The notes: generated by a model from the letters alone, not told the origin. A stretch of DNA of 63,016 nt, filler included, from Lenisia limosa (GCA_001655205.1; 17 parts of 17 records of this genome joined end to end with filler, not necessarily neighbours in it); one strand, 5' to 3'. Shown: positions 48,788 to 61,400, numbered from the whole stretch's first letter. Numbers and translations are program-made.

Positions 48788-50876
48788 GAAATAGAATTGC
48801 ACTTTTAGACCAATGTAAATTTTGATAAAATTCTTCCGTTTTGTTCAGTTGTCTGTTTTGACACATACGATTTTCAAGATGCTTGTTAAGTGCATACAAA
48901 GTGTGATAATAAATGAATTTTGGTGCACCTCTCAGTTGACCAATTCATTTCATCACCACGTTTTGTACAAGTTACATCATAACAAACGTCGCGTCAGCAC
49001 GTTTTCAGATATAGTGTGTCTCAAAACAGACAATTGACATCCAAACATAATAGTAGCCATTTCATCAAATATGCTTCAACATAACTTCATATAAGCTTAA
49101 TAAAATTGGCCAAAGCATATCGATGTATCTCATGATAACCAAACACAGCGTTCAATGACGATGATTGCAAGCTAAAGGTGACCTTTTCCGAACCCTCACG
49201 GAACTGGGGATGGCAGCCTTTTGATCACTCAACTTGGGGGACTTTCTCGTAGCGCAGAAATGATTTTCAAAATTGAAGGTGTGTGCTTTTACCCGTGTTT
49301 TATCATGTGGTCAAATTAAAAAATCTCGATTCACATCATTAAAATATTTGAGAGCTTCATGATTATCCAATGTATCAAGCACCTTACGTTTAATTCTCTC
49401 TCTCTCTCCCTCCCTCCCCGCCGCGGTATTCGACTTACTTCGCTGCAGGTATCCCGTTGAACTGGTTTTACAGGGTGCGAATATACCACGCTCCGGCTTT
49501 TCTATTGATGTAGATTATTTATTAATTTCATTTACTGTTTCAGTTGATATTTTTGTAAGTGGCAATTTTATTGATTTTGTTGTAAATTACTTGGTGTAGC
49601 TTACATCTGCGTTTGTTTCTGATTAAAGAAGACCATGTGTTTTTGTTTAAAATTCGACCGCGTGTTCACTGGTTGGTACAGGACACTAGCTAAAAACCTC
49701 GTATGACGTCGACCATGAAAAGTTCCACAATAGACGCTCCTCACGAGAGATGCGAAAAAAATGTTCTGCCGATCTCTGCTGTTTTTTAACGACACGTTTT
49801 TTTTACTTGGACGGTTTTTGGTTTCCTTTTGTGAAATTCGTGCCATTTATACATGTATATTTACTTTGATAACTTGGGGTAAACTTGGATTGAAACACAT
49901 TTTTGAAAAACTATTAATGTTTTTTACTAAACGAAAATTGAGTGTTGTTTTTAAGCCACCGCTGAAACAAAAAAGAATCTATAGAATGGAACATCAAGAA
50001 AGAGGGGAATAACTGAGGGAGCGGCATCTAGGCTTTGTGATTGCACTGAATAGTGAATGATGGTAAGAAAATACAAATTGTAAGAGAAAAAAAAAAATGA
50101 AAATATAAAACACTTAACACCCTGTGATCCCTCCCTCTCCCGCCCGTGTTTTGCTCTTATCAACCCATTGTGTGTTGTTAGCCAACAGAGTTGATTTCGG
50201 TATTTTTTTGTTTAATAAATTATCCGATTGTACTCCCCCCCCCCCCNNNNNNNNNNNNNNNNNNNNNNNNNNNNNNNNNNNNNNNNNNNNNNNNNNNNNN
50301 NNNNNGGGAAACAGAAGGGCAGCACGCAGACGAAGCTTCCTTCTTCCTGATCCTCTTGGCAACACAGCGGTAGATTGTCAGAGTCAGGAGAGCTCCAATT
50401 GCAAGAACCTGGAAGACGTAAATATGATATGTGCATGGTCTTGACCCATTATTTTGAAGATAAATATGATTATGTTGAACATGACGACTTACCACCGCCT
50501 CATATGTATATCCTAAGAAGAAAACATTAAAGGCCTTTCCCCCATTCACACATTTTTTAAAAATGTTTGTTGAAACTTCTACCCATTTTATAGCCGTAAA
50601 AGCCATGGAAAGCACCTTCATGTCCACATGTCATTAAACTCCTTCAAGTGCTAATTCCTCCAACAATTCCCTCATAGTTCCCACAAGACCTTCCCATCCA
50701 AGTCACCCCCCCCCCTCCCACAATGTTTATAGCCGCAAAAGCCAAAAAAAGCTCTCTTGCGCTAAGGGCGAAAGCGNNNNNNNNNNNNNNNNNNNNNNNN
50801 NNNNNNNNNNNNNNNNNNNNTTAATTAATTAANNNNNNNNNNNNNNNNNNNNNNNNNNNNNNNNNNNNNNNNNNNN

Positions 50877-51712
50877 TGGTGGAGAACATCAACAATCTCG
50901 TAGAAGATGAAAATGCGATCAATAGGATTATCCAAAATCTAATGCAAGGTGTGTTTTCGTTGGTGGGGGTACTTGGAGGAGAGTGAGTGAGTATTTTTAG
51001 AAAAAACAGTAGACATAAAATATATCCTCCTAGATCCAGATTCACATCTATCCAAGGGGTATAAATATAAACAAGGTTTTTAGGTTTANNNNNNNNNNNN
51101 NNNNNNNNNNNNNNNNNNNNNNNNNNNNNNNNNNNNNNNNNNNNNNNNNNNNNNNNNNNNNNNNNNNNNNNNNNNNNNNNNNNNNNNNNNNGGAAAGGAA
51201 GAACTTTTCAACGGAGACCCGGTGCGTGCCGGGAAGTTTACATATTTTGTGTCACATGTCACATTAGCTTTTTTCAGTCTCTCTTCTTCGTGTCTCGTCT
51301 TTTGATTTATGCAAGTAGAGGTCGCTCCTGAAATATACGGTGGTGCAGAACCGCGCGATGATTTGTTTTCCGATGAAGAGGTAGTAGTGCCGAATCAGGT
51401 ATGAGTTATGAATGGCGGATATGGTGTGAATCTAGAAATGTGAGACGAAGTTCATCCCATCAAAATCTTCTTCTCTTTATCCTTTTTAAGCCTGTATTGC
51501 CCCCCATTGATGATCCTGAGATAGCAATTCCTGAAATGGTGACTATCGATTTGCCACCTGGTTTGTCCACTCGAGCCTTTGTCCAATCTTTTCGGGTATG
51601 TGCCGCCCAGTATCCCTCAAAGGCCATTGCCGTGCTGCCAATGAGTGTTGTATCTCAGATTACAAGCGCGCTTGATGCAATTTTCACACTTACTTCGTTT
51701 ATATTCTGCTGA
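50877..51712 (+). CDS. Uncharacterised protein, 3' part
   Basis: VENINNLVEDENAINRIIQNLMQ; EVAPEIYGGAEPRDDLFSDEEVVVPNQ / PVLPPIDDPEIAIPEMVTIDLPPGLSTRAFVQSFR. Confidence 0.55.
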
Positions 51713-52321
51713 TAAATAATATAGGTCACTTAACACAACCGCGAACACTCACATAACCGCGAACGCTTTTTTAAATATTTGATTTTTAAGGGCTACATAC
51801 ATACAGCAAAACAGAAAGGTGTTCGAGCGAGTGTCATGTCAAGTTTTCTCTGTTTTCTTTCCCCTTTCCCCTTTACCTTCTTTCTNNNNNNNNNNNNNNN
51901 NNNNNNNNNNNNNNNNNNNNNNNNNNNNNNNNNNNNNNNNNNNNNNNNNNNNNNNNNNNNNNNNNNNNNNNNNNNNNNNNNNNNNNNNNNNNNNNNNNNN
52001 NNNNNNNNNNNNNNNNNNNNNNNNNNNNNNNNNNNNNNNNNNNNNNNNNNNNNNNNNNNNNNNNNNNNNNNNNNNNNNNNNNNNNNNNNNNNNNNNNNNN
52101 NNNNNNNNNNNNNNNNNNNNNNNNNNNNNNNNNNNNNNNNNNNNNNNNNNNNNNNNNNNNNNNNNNNNNNNNNNNNNNNNNNNNNNNTCTTTTTGTATTC
52201 CACCGGAAGTATGAAATCGGTGGGTATTAATCTACTAGTGAGAATAAATCAGAATATTTTTGCGTTAAAAGAAAAAAAGCTGAAAAAAAGAATGAATTTA
52301 TAAATTGTGAACCAGTTCAGT

Positions 52322-53185
52322 TCAGAAATGAACTGAACTAGTTAACCGTTTTTTTTGGTGCAAGGTGGTGCGGCCATTTCCTCTTTCACCTTGATTTTGA
52401 CATTTGTTCCTTGCCCGATCCACCTTGATCTCACTTTCACTTGCAATTACCTGAACATATGATTTTTCATATACATCAACCAACCTGTCCTGGTCGAATC
52501 ACAGCTACTTGTTCACCACGCTCAAGTACAAAGAAACGTACCGGCTTCAATACCAAATCTGAAGCCGGCCCAATTAAAAAGACGTGCTTGATTGCATCCT
52601 CCACTACATTGAAGTATTCATCGGTTAGGGCCCTTGCCAGAAGTGGGAGTTTATCCATCTGAGATTGGTTTTGTAATAGAGAAACAGCAAGTCCTGCAGC
52701 TGCACCTTCAAGATAAGATCGTTCCGGATGTTCAATCCTTGAATCCATTTTGACCGCAGCTCTTGCTTGAAGTCCAATTGCTTGATCGGGTGCCAAGTCT
52801 TCTCCTGATTTTAGTAACTGGATTGATTTCCTAAACTCAATAGTATCAGAAAGAGATGGCTTTTCCATGAATTTTGGAAGGCCTGGCACCGCCAAATAGA
52901 GATTTGGCGCTTCTGTAGGTGCATACTGCTCTACAAGAATTTAACTCAGATTTTAGTCATGATCAAACTGCTGTTTTCTTATGTCAATAAAAATTACTGT
53001 CCAAATCATGCAAGTTACGCTCGTTCATGTTATCCTGCCCTTCGACCGAGCCAGGTTTTGGAACTATAACCTGGATTTGTTTCTGCAGCACCGCATCCAA
53101 TCACTGTAGCCTACCGCCAATGAGAGGCAGGTCGAAGCTGTTTACATTAGTTGCAGTGTTGCCGCATTCCGCACGACTGAAGCCT
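52322..53185 (-). CDS. Family-X ORF, copy 3 (longest, apparently intact 3' exons)
   Basis: GFSRAECGNTATNVNSFDLPLIG / EQYAPTEAPNLYLAVPGLPKF...KSGEDLAPDQAIGLQARA...YLEGAAAGLAV...IGPASDLVLKPVRFFVLERGEQVAVIRPGQ / VIASESEIKVDRARNK...*. Confidence 0.75.
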
Positions 53186-53725
53186 ATGGCCAAGGAAACA
53201 GGCAAATAAACTTATCAAACAATCTGTCGACCGTTTATCTGAGTCAGTTCCTGATTTCGTCATTGATAATAACAAGGTAACAATGTTCGACGAAATTGCA
53301 TTTATGTCTGGTAAATGGGAAGGTGTCAGGAATAAACCCCTAGCGTCAGCAGTGTCCATTTCTCCTATGACAGGTCAAGTTGTCGGTTCCCCCATTTCAT
53401 CGGAGGAGATTACTGCCTCTCAAAGGCTGAAAATCGTGGGCCCGTAGTAGTTAATCCCCCTGCTATTCCGCAATGCTTTGGATTAAATCCTCTGATGAAG
53501 GAAATGATTAAGATGATCAATGAAACTGACCANNNNNNNNNNNNNNNNNNNNNNNNNNNNNNNNNNNNNNNNNNNNTTAATTAATTAANNNNNNNNNNNN
53601 NNNNNNNNNNNNNNNNNNNNNNNNNNNNNNNNGTTTGGAGTTTTAGATTATTCAGTTGGTGATTGGTTCCTCTACGCCAATATTCTTTATCGAAAATTCC
53701 TTCGTTTTACTCCCCCCCTCCCCAG

Positions 53726-55816
53726 GTTCTTATATTTCAGATCTAAACGCCGCTCCAATGGTGACGTCAGGAGTTGCCAAAAAGCTACTGACTTATGCTA
53801 CTTTGGTTTGGGGGAGGGTTCGGTTTATTTGATTTCGGGGGTTGTATTGAAATGATTAGCGCTTCCCTACAGTCCCAAAAAAGACTGGATGTCTCGATAT
53901 ATCCTCGACAAATATCGATTTTTTTTCCATCTTTCTGATTGATACGATCATTTGATTATACAAGTGTTCAAACTAAAGGGGTGCCTTGGATTTATTGATA
54001 TTGATGCGGAGTGTTTAATACCAGGAAATTCTGATATTTCAGACTGAAGAGGAGGAAGATGAAGATGACCCCGCCAAATTTGCAGTACAAGCACTCGGAG
54101 TAATCTTTGAAGATGGTAACGCGCGGGGGGGGGGGGGGNNNNNNNNNNNNNNNNNNNNNNNNNNNNNNNNNNNNNNNNNNNNNNNNNNNNNNNNNNNNNN
54201 NNNNNNNNNNNNNNNNNNNNNNNNNNNNNNNNCAATAATTTTGGGTTTTTTTTGTGGCCTTCTGCTATTGACATAATAACTTTTTAAAAGCAGGTTGCTA
54301 AACCAGTATGAAACCTCTTAGTGTAAGGAGACCCCCTTGGATTTGGGCAACATATTTTGGCGCATATAGATTTGGGGCTGGACGGCTTTGTCCAGATACT
54401 CACTCGTCTTATTTCTCATTTCTACATACTATGATAATGATTATGATGATATCTCTTATATGCGATGGTGTGAGCCCCCATACAACCTTGTTTTATTTGC
54501 ATATCTTTAACATTGACATATTTTTAGATGTTGCACTGAAAGAGCTCAGAAAAGATACGGAACTCCCGTCTTGGCTTATTGAGGTGGGCGGAGAGAGTCA
54601 GAGTATCGTTTGTTTCTCTTTTTGCTACAATAAAGTCTCTATTGATACTATGATCTGTTTTGGTTATAAATGATATGATATGAATTTAGTAGAACTAATA
54701 GGTACATTCATATGAAGCTCATTTATTATAATTTAATCGTTCATCTCAGCAATCTAATCTTCATCATTTGTAGCAAATCAAACGCTTCCTTCCAACCATG
54801 CACATCACGGCAACTGCACTATTTAGCAAATGCCTGGCCTATCTTTGTTTAATTGGTAGGTTTGGCTGCAGGTAGAAATGGCTAAATGGGAGGGAGTCCT
54901 TGTCTAAATCCGAGCTGTTTTTGCTTGTTGCACTTATACAATTGAAATTGATATTAAAAACAGTGAGGTTCTACCCTTACACAATTGAAAGGCTTTCACC
55001 CTTACACAATTCTGATCATTTTCCATTTCACAACTCAGATACAACCCTCTCGAGAGAGCTCTTTGTGGTTTGGAAGGAATTCCTCGCTACCCCAGGTGGG
55101 TTCATTGATACCAACTTTTCCATTTGACCCAGCTTTTTGCATCGGATATCCGAAGCACGCAGTATTGTGCGTCATATTAAACGGGAATCACGCAACTTTT
55201 TGACTCTGTTACTCCTTTCTCAAAATTGACTTAAGGGTCCTTATCAGTTACTCCAAGGAAGGCCTACTATTCGATAGATAATCTAATATAATGTCATATA
55301 ATTTGATGATATATTGTCTTTTTCATGACGTAGAAACGGTGAGAGCAGGCCATATGATCAGACAATTCGCTCTAATGGCCCTCGGCAATATCGCCGATTC
55401 TGGTTCGGGGGGTGGGGGTGTATTTNNNNNNNNNNNNNNNNNNNNNNNNNNNNNNNNNNNNNNNNNNNNNNNNNNNNNNNNNNNNNNNNNNNNNNNNNNN
55501 NNNNNNNNNNNNNNNNNNNNNNNNNNNNNNNNNNNNNNNNNNNNNNNNNNNNNNNNNNNNNGCAAACGGTCAAGACTTATCCTGGTCACTGTATATCACA
55601 GCAAATCGGTCAAGACCTATCCCTCTTTGGGTGGAATTTACATGCCCTTGCAAGAGGGGGTTGAGACCTCTAGCGTACGTTGAAGTTGCTCGAAGACGGC
55701 TGGACAACTTGTACTTGCTCTTTAACTTTGTAGATACCTCAGCTCTGATGCTAGCCAAAGACTTGGATATTGTGCGACAAGTGGGTCGGGGGTAGAGTCC
55801 TATACAATGATGATCT

Positions 55817-55850
<34 letters not shown>

Positions 55851-56432
55851 GGTGGTGATGATGATGATGATGTGATGATGATGTGATGATGATGGATGGT
55901 GATGATGATAGTGATGATGGTGGTGATGATGATGGTGATGGTGATGGTGGTAGTGTTTGTGGTCGTAATATACACGTATTATGTGTGGTCTGTTGTAATT
56001 GCATTGACCCCTTAGATAGCCAAAGAAGTTGATGAGTCATCTCTCCAGTCCTCTCACTTTGCAACTGGTATGCTTGTGTGTGACTATTACTTCGGTGAAT
56101 CGACTTGGGATTCCCATGGATTATTGAGAATCCCATCATAAATTTCTTCAAATTTCCATCGAATTCCTTGGAATTCCCATGTAAAATATGGGAATTACCA
56201 AGTTTTTTCACAAGAATTCCAAGTCGATGCGCTGTGGTGTATGTTTAATATTTGTTTGTATACCTATTTTTTTAAAAAAAATTTCTTGCTCTCACTCAAG
56301 ATAAATTTCATTTTTCACTCCCCTCCCCCCACAGGAACCCTGCGTAACTTCACTCTTAGCGAGGCTGGTTGTGAGTCTGTTTTGGCTGTTGAAGGGCTTG
56401 ATGCCCTTTTCGAAGGGCTGAAGCTTCAACAT
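53726..56432 (+). CDS. Armadillo-repeat protein fragment
   Basis: MVTSGVAKKLL; AKFAVQALGVIFED; MIRQFALMALGNIADS; GTLRNFTLSEAGCESVLAVEGLDALFEGL. These are ARM-type LxNxA helices; possibly SmgGDS/RAP1GDS1-like (weak). Confidence 0.75.
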
Positions 56433-56771
56433 GTGTGGGCGGGGTTGGGGGTCTTGTGTTGTGAGGTAATTAAGGGGGAGGGGGANNNNNNNNNNNNNNN
56501 NNNNNNNNNNNNNNNNNNNNNNNNNNNNNTTAATTAATTAANNNNNNNNNNNNNNNNNNNNNNNNNNNNNNNNNNNNNNNNNNNNACTGGAGGGGTGTGA
56601 GTGTGAAAATGAAACAGTTATGAAACATTATCGACGCGAGATGTTCTTGGCTATGAAGATAGAATAAACCCTTTTCAATTGTACGCCCTTTTATTGTGTC
56701 CCCATGTTTTTTTTTGGAAATATATCCTTTGTTTAGTATATATTCTCTTGCACTTGAAACAAACCACTTAC

Positions 56772-59643
56772 CTTGAAGTACTTAGAGTAGAGATACTTCT
56801 CAACCTTTGAGTGGTAGTTGTGGGGGAGGGCCAGGAGAGCCAGGCGGACAAAGCGGTTCAGTTTTGCGGTGTTCTGCGTCGTGAGAGGGGGGAGTAAAAT
56901 TGGAATATTTATGAAAAAAAAAGCCCAAATCAACCCTGTTGGCTGACAACACACGAGGGTTGATAAAAACAAAACAAACAAAGNNNNNNNNNNNNNNNNN
57001 NNNNNNNNNNNNNNNNNNNNNNNNNNNNNNNNNNNNNNNNNNNNNNNNNNNNNNNNNNNNNNNNNNNNNNNNNNNNNNNNNNNNNNNNNNNNNNNNNNNN
57101 NNNNNNNNNNNNNNNNNNNNNNNNNNNNNNNNNNNNNNNNNNNNNNNNNNNNNNNNNNNNNNNNNNNNNNNAGCCAGGCCGTGTTCGTTCACAAAGTAGG
57201 CCTTTTGCACTTGCTGGGAGAGGGGTGAATGATGAATACTCTTCGTGAAAAGGTACTGAGTAATCTAAAATTCCAGCGCAATCAAAAAAAAAAGACCATG
57301 AACATTCATCAAAAACAAATGACCAAAACAAATAAATAGCCCAAGCCTGTCTGGCAAAGAACTAGTAAAGAGAAGTGAAAAGCCCAGCCTACCTCCAGCG
57401 TGCGGCCGAGGGAGTAAAGGCCTCCAGTGGACTTGAGGGAGGTCTGGGCGGTCTTCTGGTCCGCTACATACTCCGACATCAGAGAGTAGATCTAGGGGGG
57501 GGGGGGGTAAANNNNNNNNNNNNNNNNNNNNNNNNNNNNNNNNNNNNNNNNNNNNNNNNNNNNNNNNNNNNNNNNNNNNNNNNNNNNNNNNNNNNTTTGA
57601 AACTCCAAACAAAAACAAAAAACACACACAAAAAAACAAAAACAAAATAATAGGAATTTCATGAAACAACAAAACCCAAAATCAACTCAGGGACAGTGAC
57701 CAGTCTTGACTGATAATCTGAAACAGTCACTCGTTCTGCTTACCTTGTTGGTGACTACGGGGGTCTTGTACTTGGTAGAAAGGTCCGTAAAGGTTGCCTG
57801 GAGGAATAACTGGATGTACCATACAATGCATTAGTATATTAAACAGATATTCTCAATGCTACAGGTATTTACAGTGTTCAGCTTGAAAGACAAGAGCCCT
57901 CCTTCAACAGGTACTATTTTCACCCCTCAACTGGCTGGGATATCCATTTCTATGAAGACCAACCTCCTCAGGCAGCGTGAAGGTGCCGGCAGGAGAGGTC
58001 CAGGTCTTGGCATTGAAAGTGAACTCGTAAACTGGGGGGGGGGGNNNNNNNNNNNNNNNNNNNNNNNNNNNNNNNNNNNNNNNNNNNNNNNNNNNNNNNN
58101 NNNNNNNNNNNNNNNNNNNNNNNNNNNNNNNNNNNNNNNNNNNNNNNNNNNNNTACAATTTGAGATCATAAAAGGTTGTTTGTTTGCGAGAAGAAAAAAG
58201 CATATTCAAAGGCCCTCACCTGGCAGTTTGAGAAGGTTGGCTACGGCATCGTATCCGAATCCGGCCAAAAGAGGAAGGTGGGGTGGCTTCTTCTGAAAGC
58301 GGTCAATCTAAGTTGTATTTCGTACATGGCGGGTTGCCTTGTTGTTATTGAAGCGATACAATATCATACAGATTGTTACAATACCCAATAAAATACATTG
58401 TATATTACGTTAGACACCCCTTCCATACGCTATTTTCGTAGGCAACCTGGGCGTTTTTGGCGTTCAATTCAAGGTAGGCGTCAACCTAAGAATAAATGAG
58501 AACCAAATCTTGAGAAAGTACGAGGGGGAGTATGAAACTACTGATAGGCTAAAAAAATGGTTCATTATTTGCCTCNNNNNNNNNNNNNNNNNNNNNNNNN
58601 NNNNNNNNNNNNNNNNNNNNNNNNNNNNNNNNNNNNNNNNNNNNNNNNNNNNNNNNNNNNNNNNNNNNNNNAAGACCGGTAAAATATCGAAGATTTATTG
58701 AAAAATTTAACCGAAGTGAAGTCCTAGTTAGAGAACTGGGTCATGAAGGCCATACCTCGTCCTTGGCTCCGTCTCCCTTCCACTGATCACAGAAAGCACC
58801 GGTCCAGCCTTGGAAGATAAGGTCAAGAACTGTACATATTCTCCATCAAATTTCCCCGCAGCTAGAACACAATTATTTACCCTCACCTCCCCAAACATTT
58901 TGGTTTTTTGTTTCATAAACTGTCCGTTTTTACCCCCCAACCAGGAACACAGTTGTCACAGCCAGAGCAGTCTGCCTTCAGAACACCACCATGCTGGCAG
59001 GCCTTGGCTGAGGGGGTGAGTGCCTTTTTGTCAACAATACAGTATCAATGTTTTATTTGAAAGCTAAGAGGGGAAATACAATTCTTTGTATCATGGGAAG
59101 AATGTCGGATTTATGCCCAATTCAGAATGCTAATTAGCAAGCCAGGTCTGACCGCAGATATATCGGTATTCCAGTGCTGTGGTAAAATTGTTGCTTTAGG
59201 AACTTATTTCAATGAATAATCTTCATGAACGGCATAACTATTCACTCAAAAATGATGATCGGATCAATCACCCGACTTACGGCAATTGAGGAGTGCAGTA
59301 ATGATATATCCGAACTTGTTTTCATCAAGCCTATTAGATATTAATGCAATTGCAAGGGAAGCGCAGTGGAGAACGCCCATGTGTAAAGAAATAGCGGAAT
59401 ATGAGCTTACCCGAGAGAGATCCAATCTTGAACTGATACTTTCTTAAGTTCCTCTTCGTCAGTAACACCAATAGTCGCAAGCTGGTTGATTTCCTCGCTT
59501 GTAATGTCAACCTTAGAAAGTTGTGAGACCTAATTCGTTAGTCCTGTCTTAATAATGAATTTGGTTACCTTAGATTGACTTAATGAGGCAAGCGCGACGC
59601 TGAAAACGAAGGCAAGGGCAAGAAGTGCCGAAGAAAACCGCAT
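56772..59643 (-). CDS. Secreted MACPF (perforin-like) protein with SAM-like and EGF-like N-terminal modules, 5' part
   Basis: Signal peptide MRFSSALLALAFVFSVALAS; EINQLATIGVTDEEELKKVSVQDWISLG/LDENKFGYIITALL; CPKACQHGGVLKADCSGCDNCVP/GWTGAFCD; GFGYDAVANLLKLP/VYEFTFNAKTWTSPAGTFTLPEEV; IYSLMSEY...KSTGGLYS; KLNRFVRLALLALPHNYHSKVEKYLYSKYFK. The expected GTHY exon would fall in the gap. Confidence 0.75.
56878..56983 (-). mobile_element. Element A copy supplying acceptor in the MACPF gene
   Basis: Minus strand: ctttgtttgttttgtttttatcaaccctcgtgtgttgtcagccaacagggttgatttgggc...ttcataaatattccaattttactccccc...gcag then exon. Confidence 0.7.
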
Positions 59644-60429
59644 TGTTCCAGTGTCTTCTCTTATAATAAATAATATTTTTCTATTGCTTAGTGCTTCAGA
59701 GGTTGCGTTGAAAGTGCGACGAGTTTTCAACATTAAAGCTAAATTACCCTGGGGAGGATAACCTCCATTTTTTACTACTTAAATCAAAAAATACCGATTG
59801 AATTACCGAGAACTCAAAAACTTAATTGTCATTGATAAGAGAAATACACATACACCTGATTAAAGTTGAGATATCTGGGAAATCCCGTTGATCCTTCTTG
59901 TTATGAGCGTAGTACACTTTTAACTGCCCCTACTAGAATTATATAGTCATATATGGGGTGTTAGAGTAGTTTTCTAAAACCAAATTCCAAAAGTAAGAGG
60001 TTCAGTTTGAAGTAACTGTATGGCGGTGTTGCTGTTTTCTTCTTCCTCTTCACCAATGGATTCATATCTGTGTTCTTATATCACATTGCTTGTGTTTTTT
60101 TTGTTTTATTGTAAACAAGGTTAATTTGTAAGCAAGGGGATACGTTTTTTGTTTTAACCGATTATTTTTTTTCATCGTTTCCTCAATAGTCTTCAGTTGA
60201 ATGTAACCTTTTATCCCCTAAAATCCTCAGATAGAAGGCATTTTTGACAAAAATCCCAGAAAGGTTTTCTTAGAATCTATGTGAAACCCAGAATGATCAG
60301 ATATATAATACATCTAGTAAATATATATATATATACTATATATATTATATAGTATATAGTATATCATATAATATGATATATTCTATTATGATAAATGATA
60401 TATTACATATATACTAGTATACCTATTCT

Positions 60430-61400
60430 CCAATAAAACATGAGAGTCCCCCTGTATTCTCAAATATCCCCAGATGGAGGTGGAGTCCCCTGATGCTCTT
60501 TCCCTTTCGCCAATTCAAGGTCGCCCAGCCCCTCGAGAGTTCCAGTATTCTTTGGTATGATTAAGGGAATAGCATTCTGAGGTATGGTTAATAACGGTCA
60601 ATTTATATTATTCTATGAGGGAATGAAGAAGCGAATAGGAGCAACAGTTCTCTCTCTTTAAATTAAGAATATTATGAAATTGAAGATGATCAGACAACGA
60701 GCAACCTGTTTTTGTAGACATGCCCTTTCGGCCAAGCAGACAATCCTGAGAGAGTTGTTGAGATAGATTAGCGCGGTCCGTTGATATTGATTAGAATGAC
60801 TCCCTGACCTCGCCCATTGTTTTGCCCCCTTGGACACCCGGAACTGCCGACGTCACTCCCCCGCCAGCTGACAGGGTGGGCCTCTTTTGTCCTTTTTTTA
60901 TCCCGTTCGTATCGCTAAATATCATTCTATACTGTTCTTGGCGTGTTCTTCTCCTAAATTGCTAATAGTTTTAATTGTTAATGGTATAAATGTTGCACTT
61001 GGTTTGTTCATCTTCTAAATGCAATATTAGCAAGACACATGCTGTCTTACAGTTCTTGAAAGGATCACATTTGTTATACCGGTATCAAGAGTAATTGTGT
61101 AGAAAACTGCCCAGGACTCGTCATTCACACATATGGTCCCTCAGAGGACTTCGAATTTGTTTTCGGCTCCTCCGGGCCTAATTAAACAGGTAGTATGATT
61201 TCTATGCTTTATTATTAACGCTCGTAAGATTAAGGGATATATTCGATATTCCCCTCACACCTGACACCATCCAGGGAGAAAGAAACCCGACAGCTGCGGC
61301 GCCATTCTCGTTCACATCCGAGGCTCCCAAGGCTTACGATACTGCGCCGCCGGACTGGGTGGGTAAGGGCTGCTTGTGCTGCATCATGCCAGTGCAGAAA
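60430..61400 (-). CDS. Possible multi-exon gene fragment; strand and frames ambiguous
   Basis: GC-richer blocks with candidate splice sites (e.g. RRTRQEQYRMIFSDTNG..., DCLLGRKGMSTKT), but no coherent domain. Confidence 0.3.

Noticed and set aside
49422-49492. Hairpin-like gcggtattcg...cgaatataccacgc as an ncRNA
   Set aside because: Short imperfect stem, single copy, no recognisable RNA family motif.
52322-53532. Fanzor/TnpB, viral or glutamine-amidotransferase identity for Family X
   Set aside because: No RuvC, zinc-finger or capsid motifs seen; the FFVLERGEQV resemblance to GlmS is only a short local match.
4475-58701. Numerous ORFs spanning N runs in the supplied track
   Set aside because: Open only because N translates to X; not evidence of coding.
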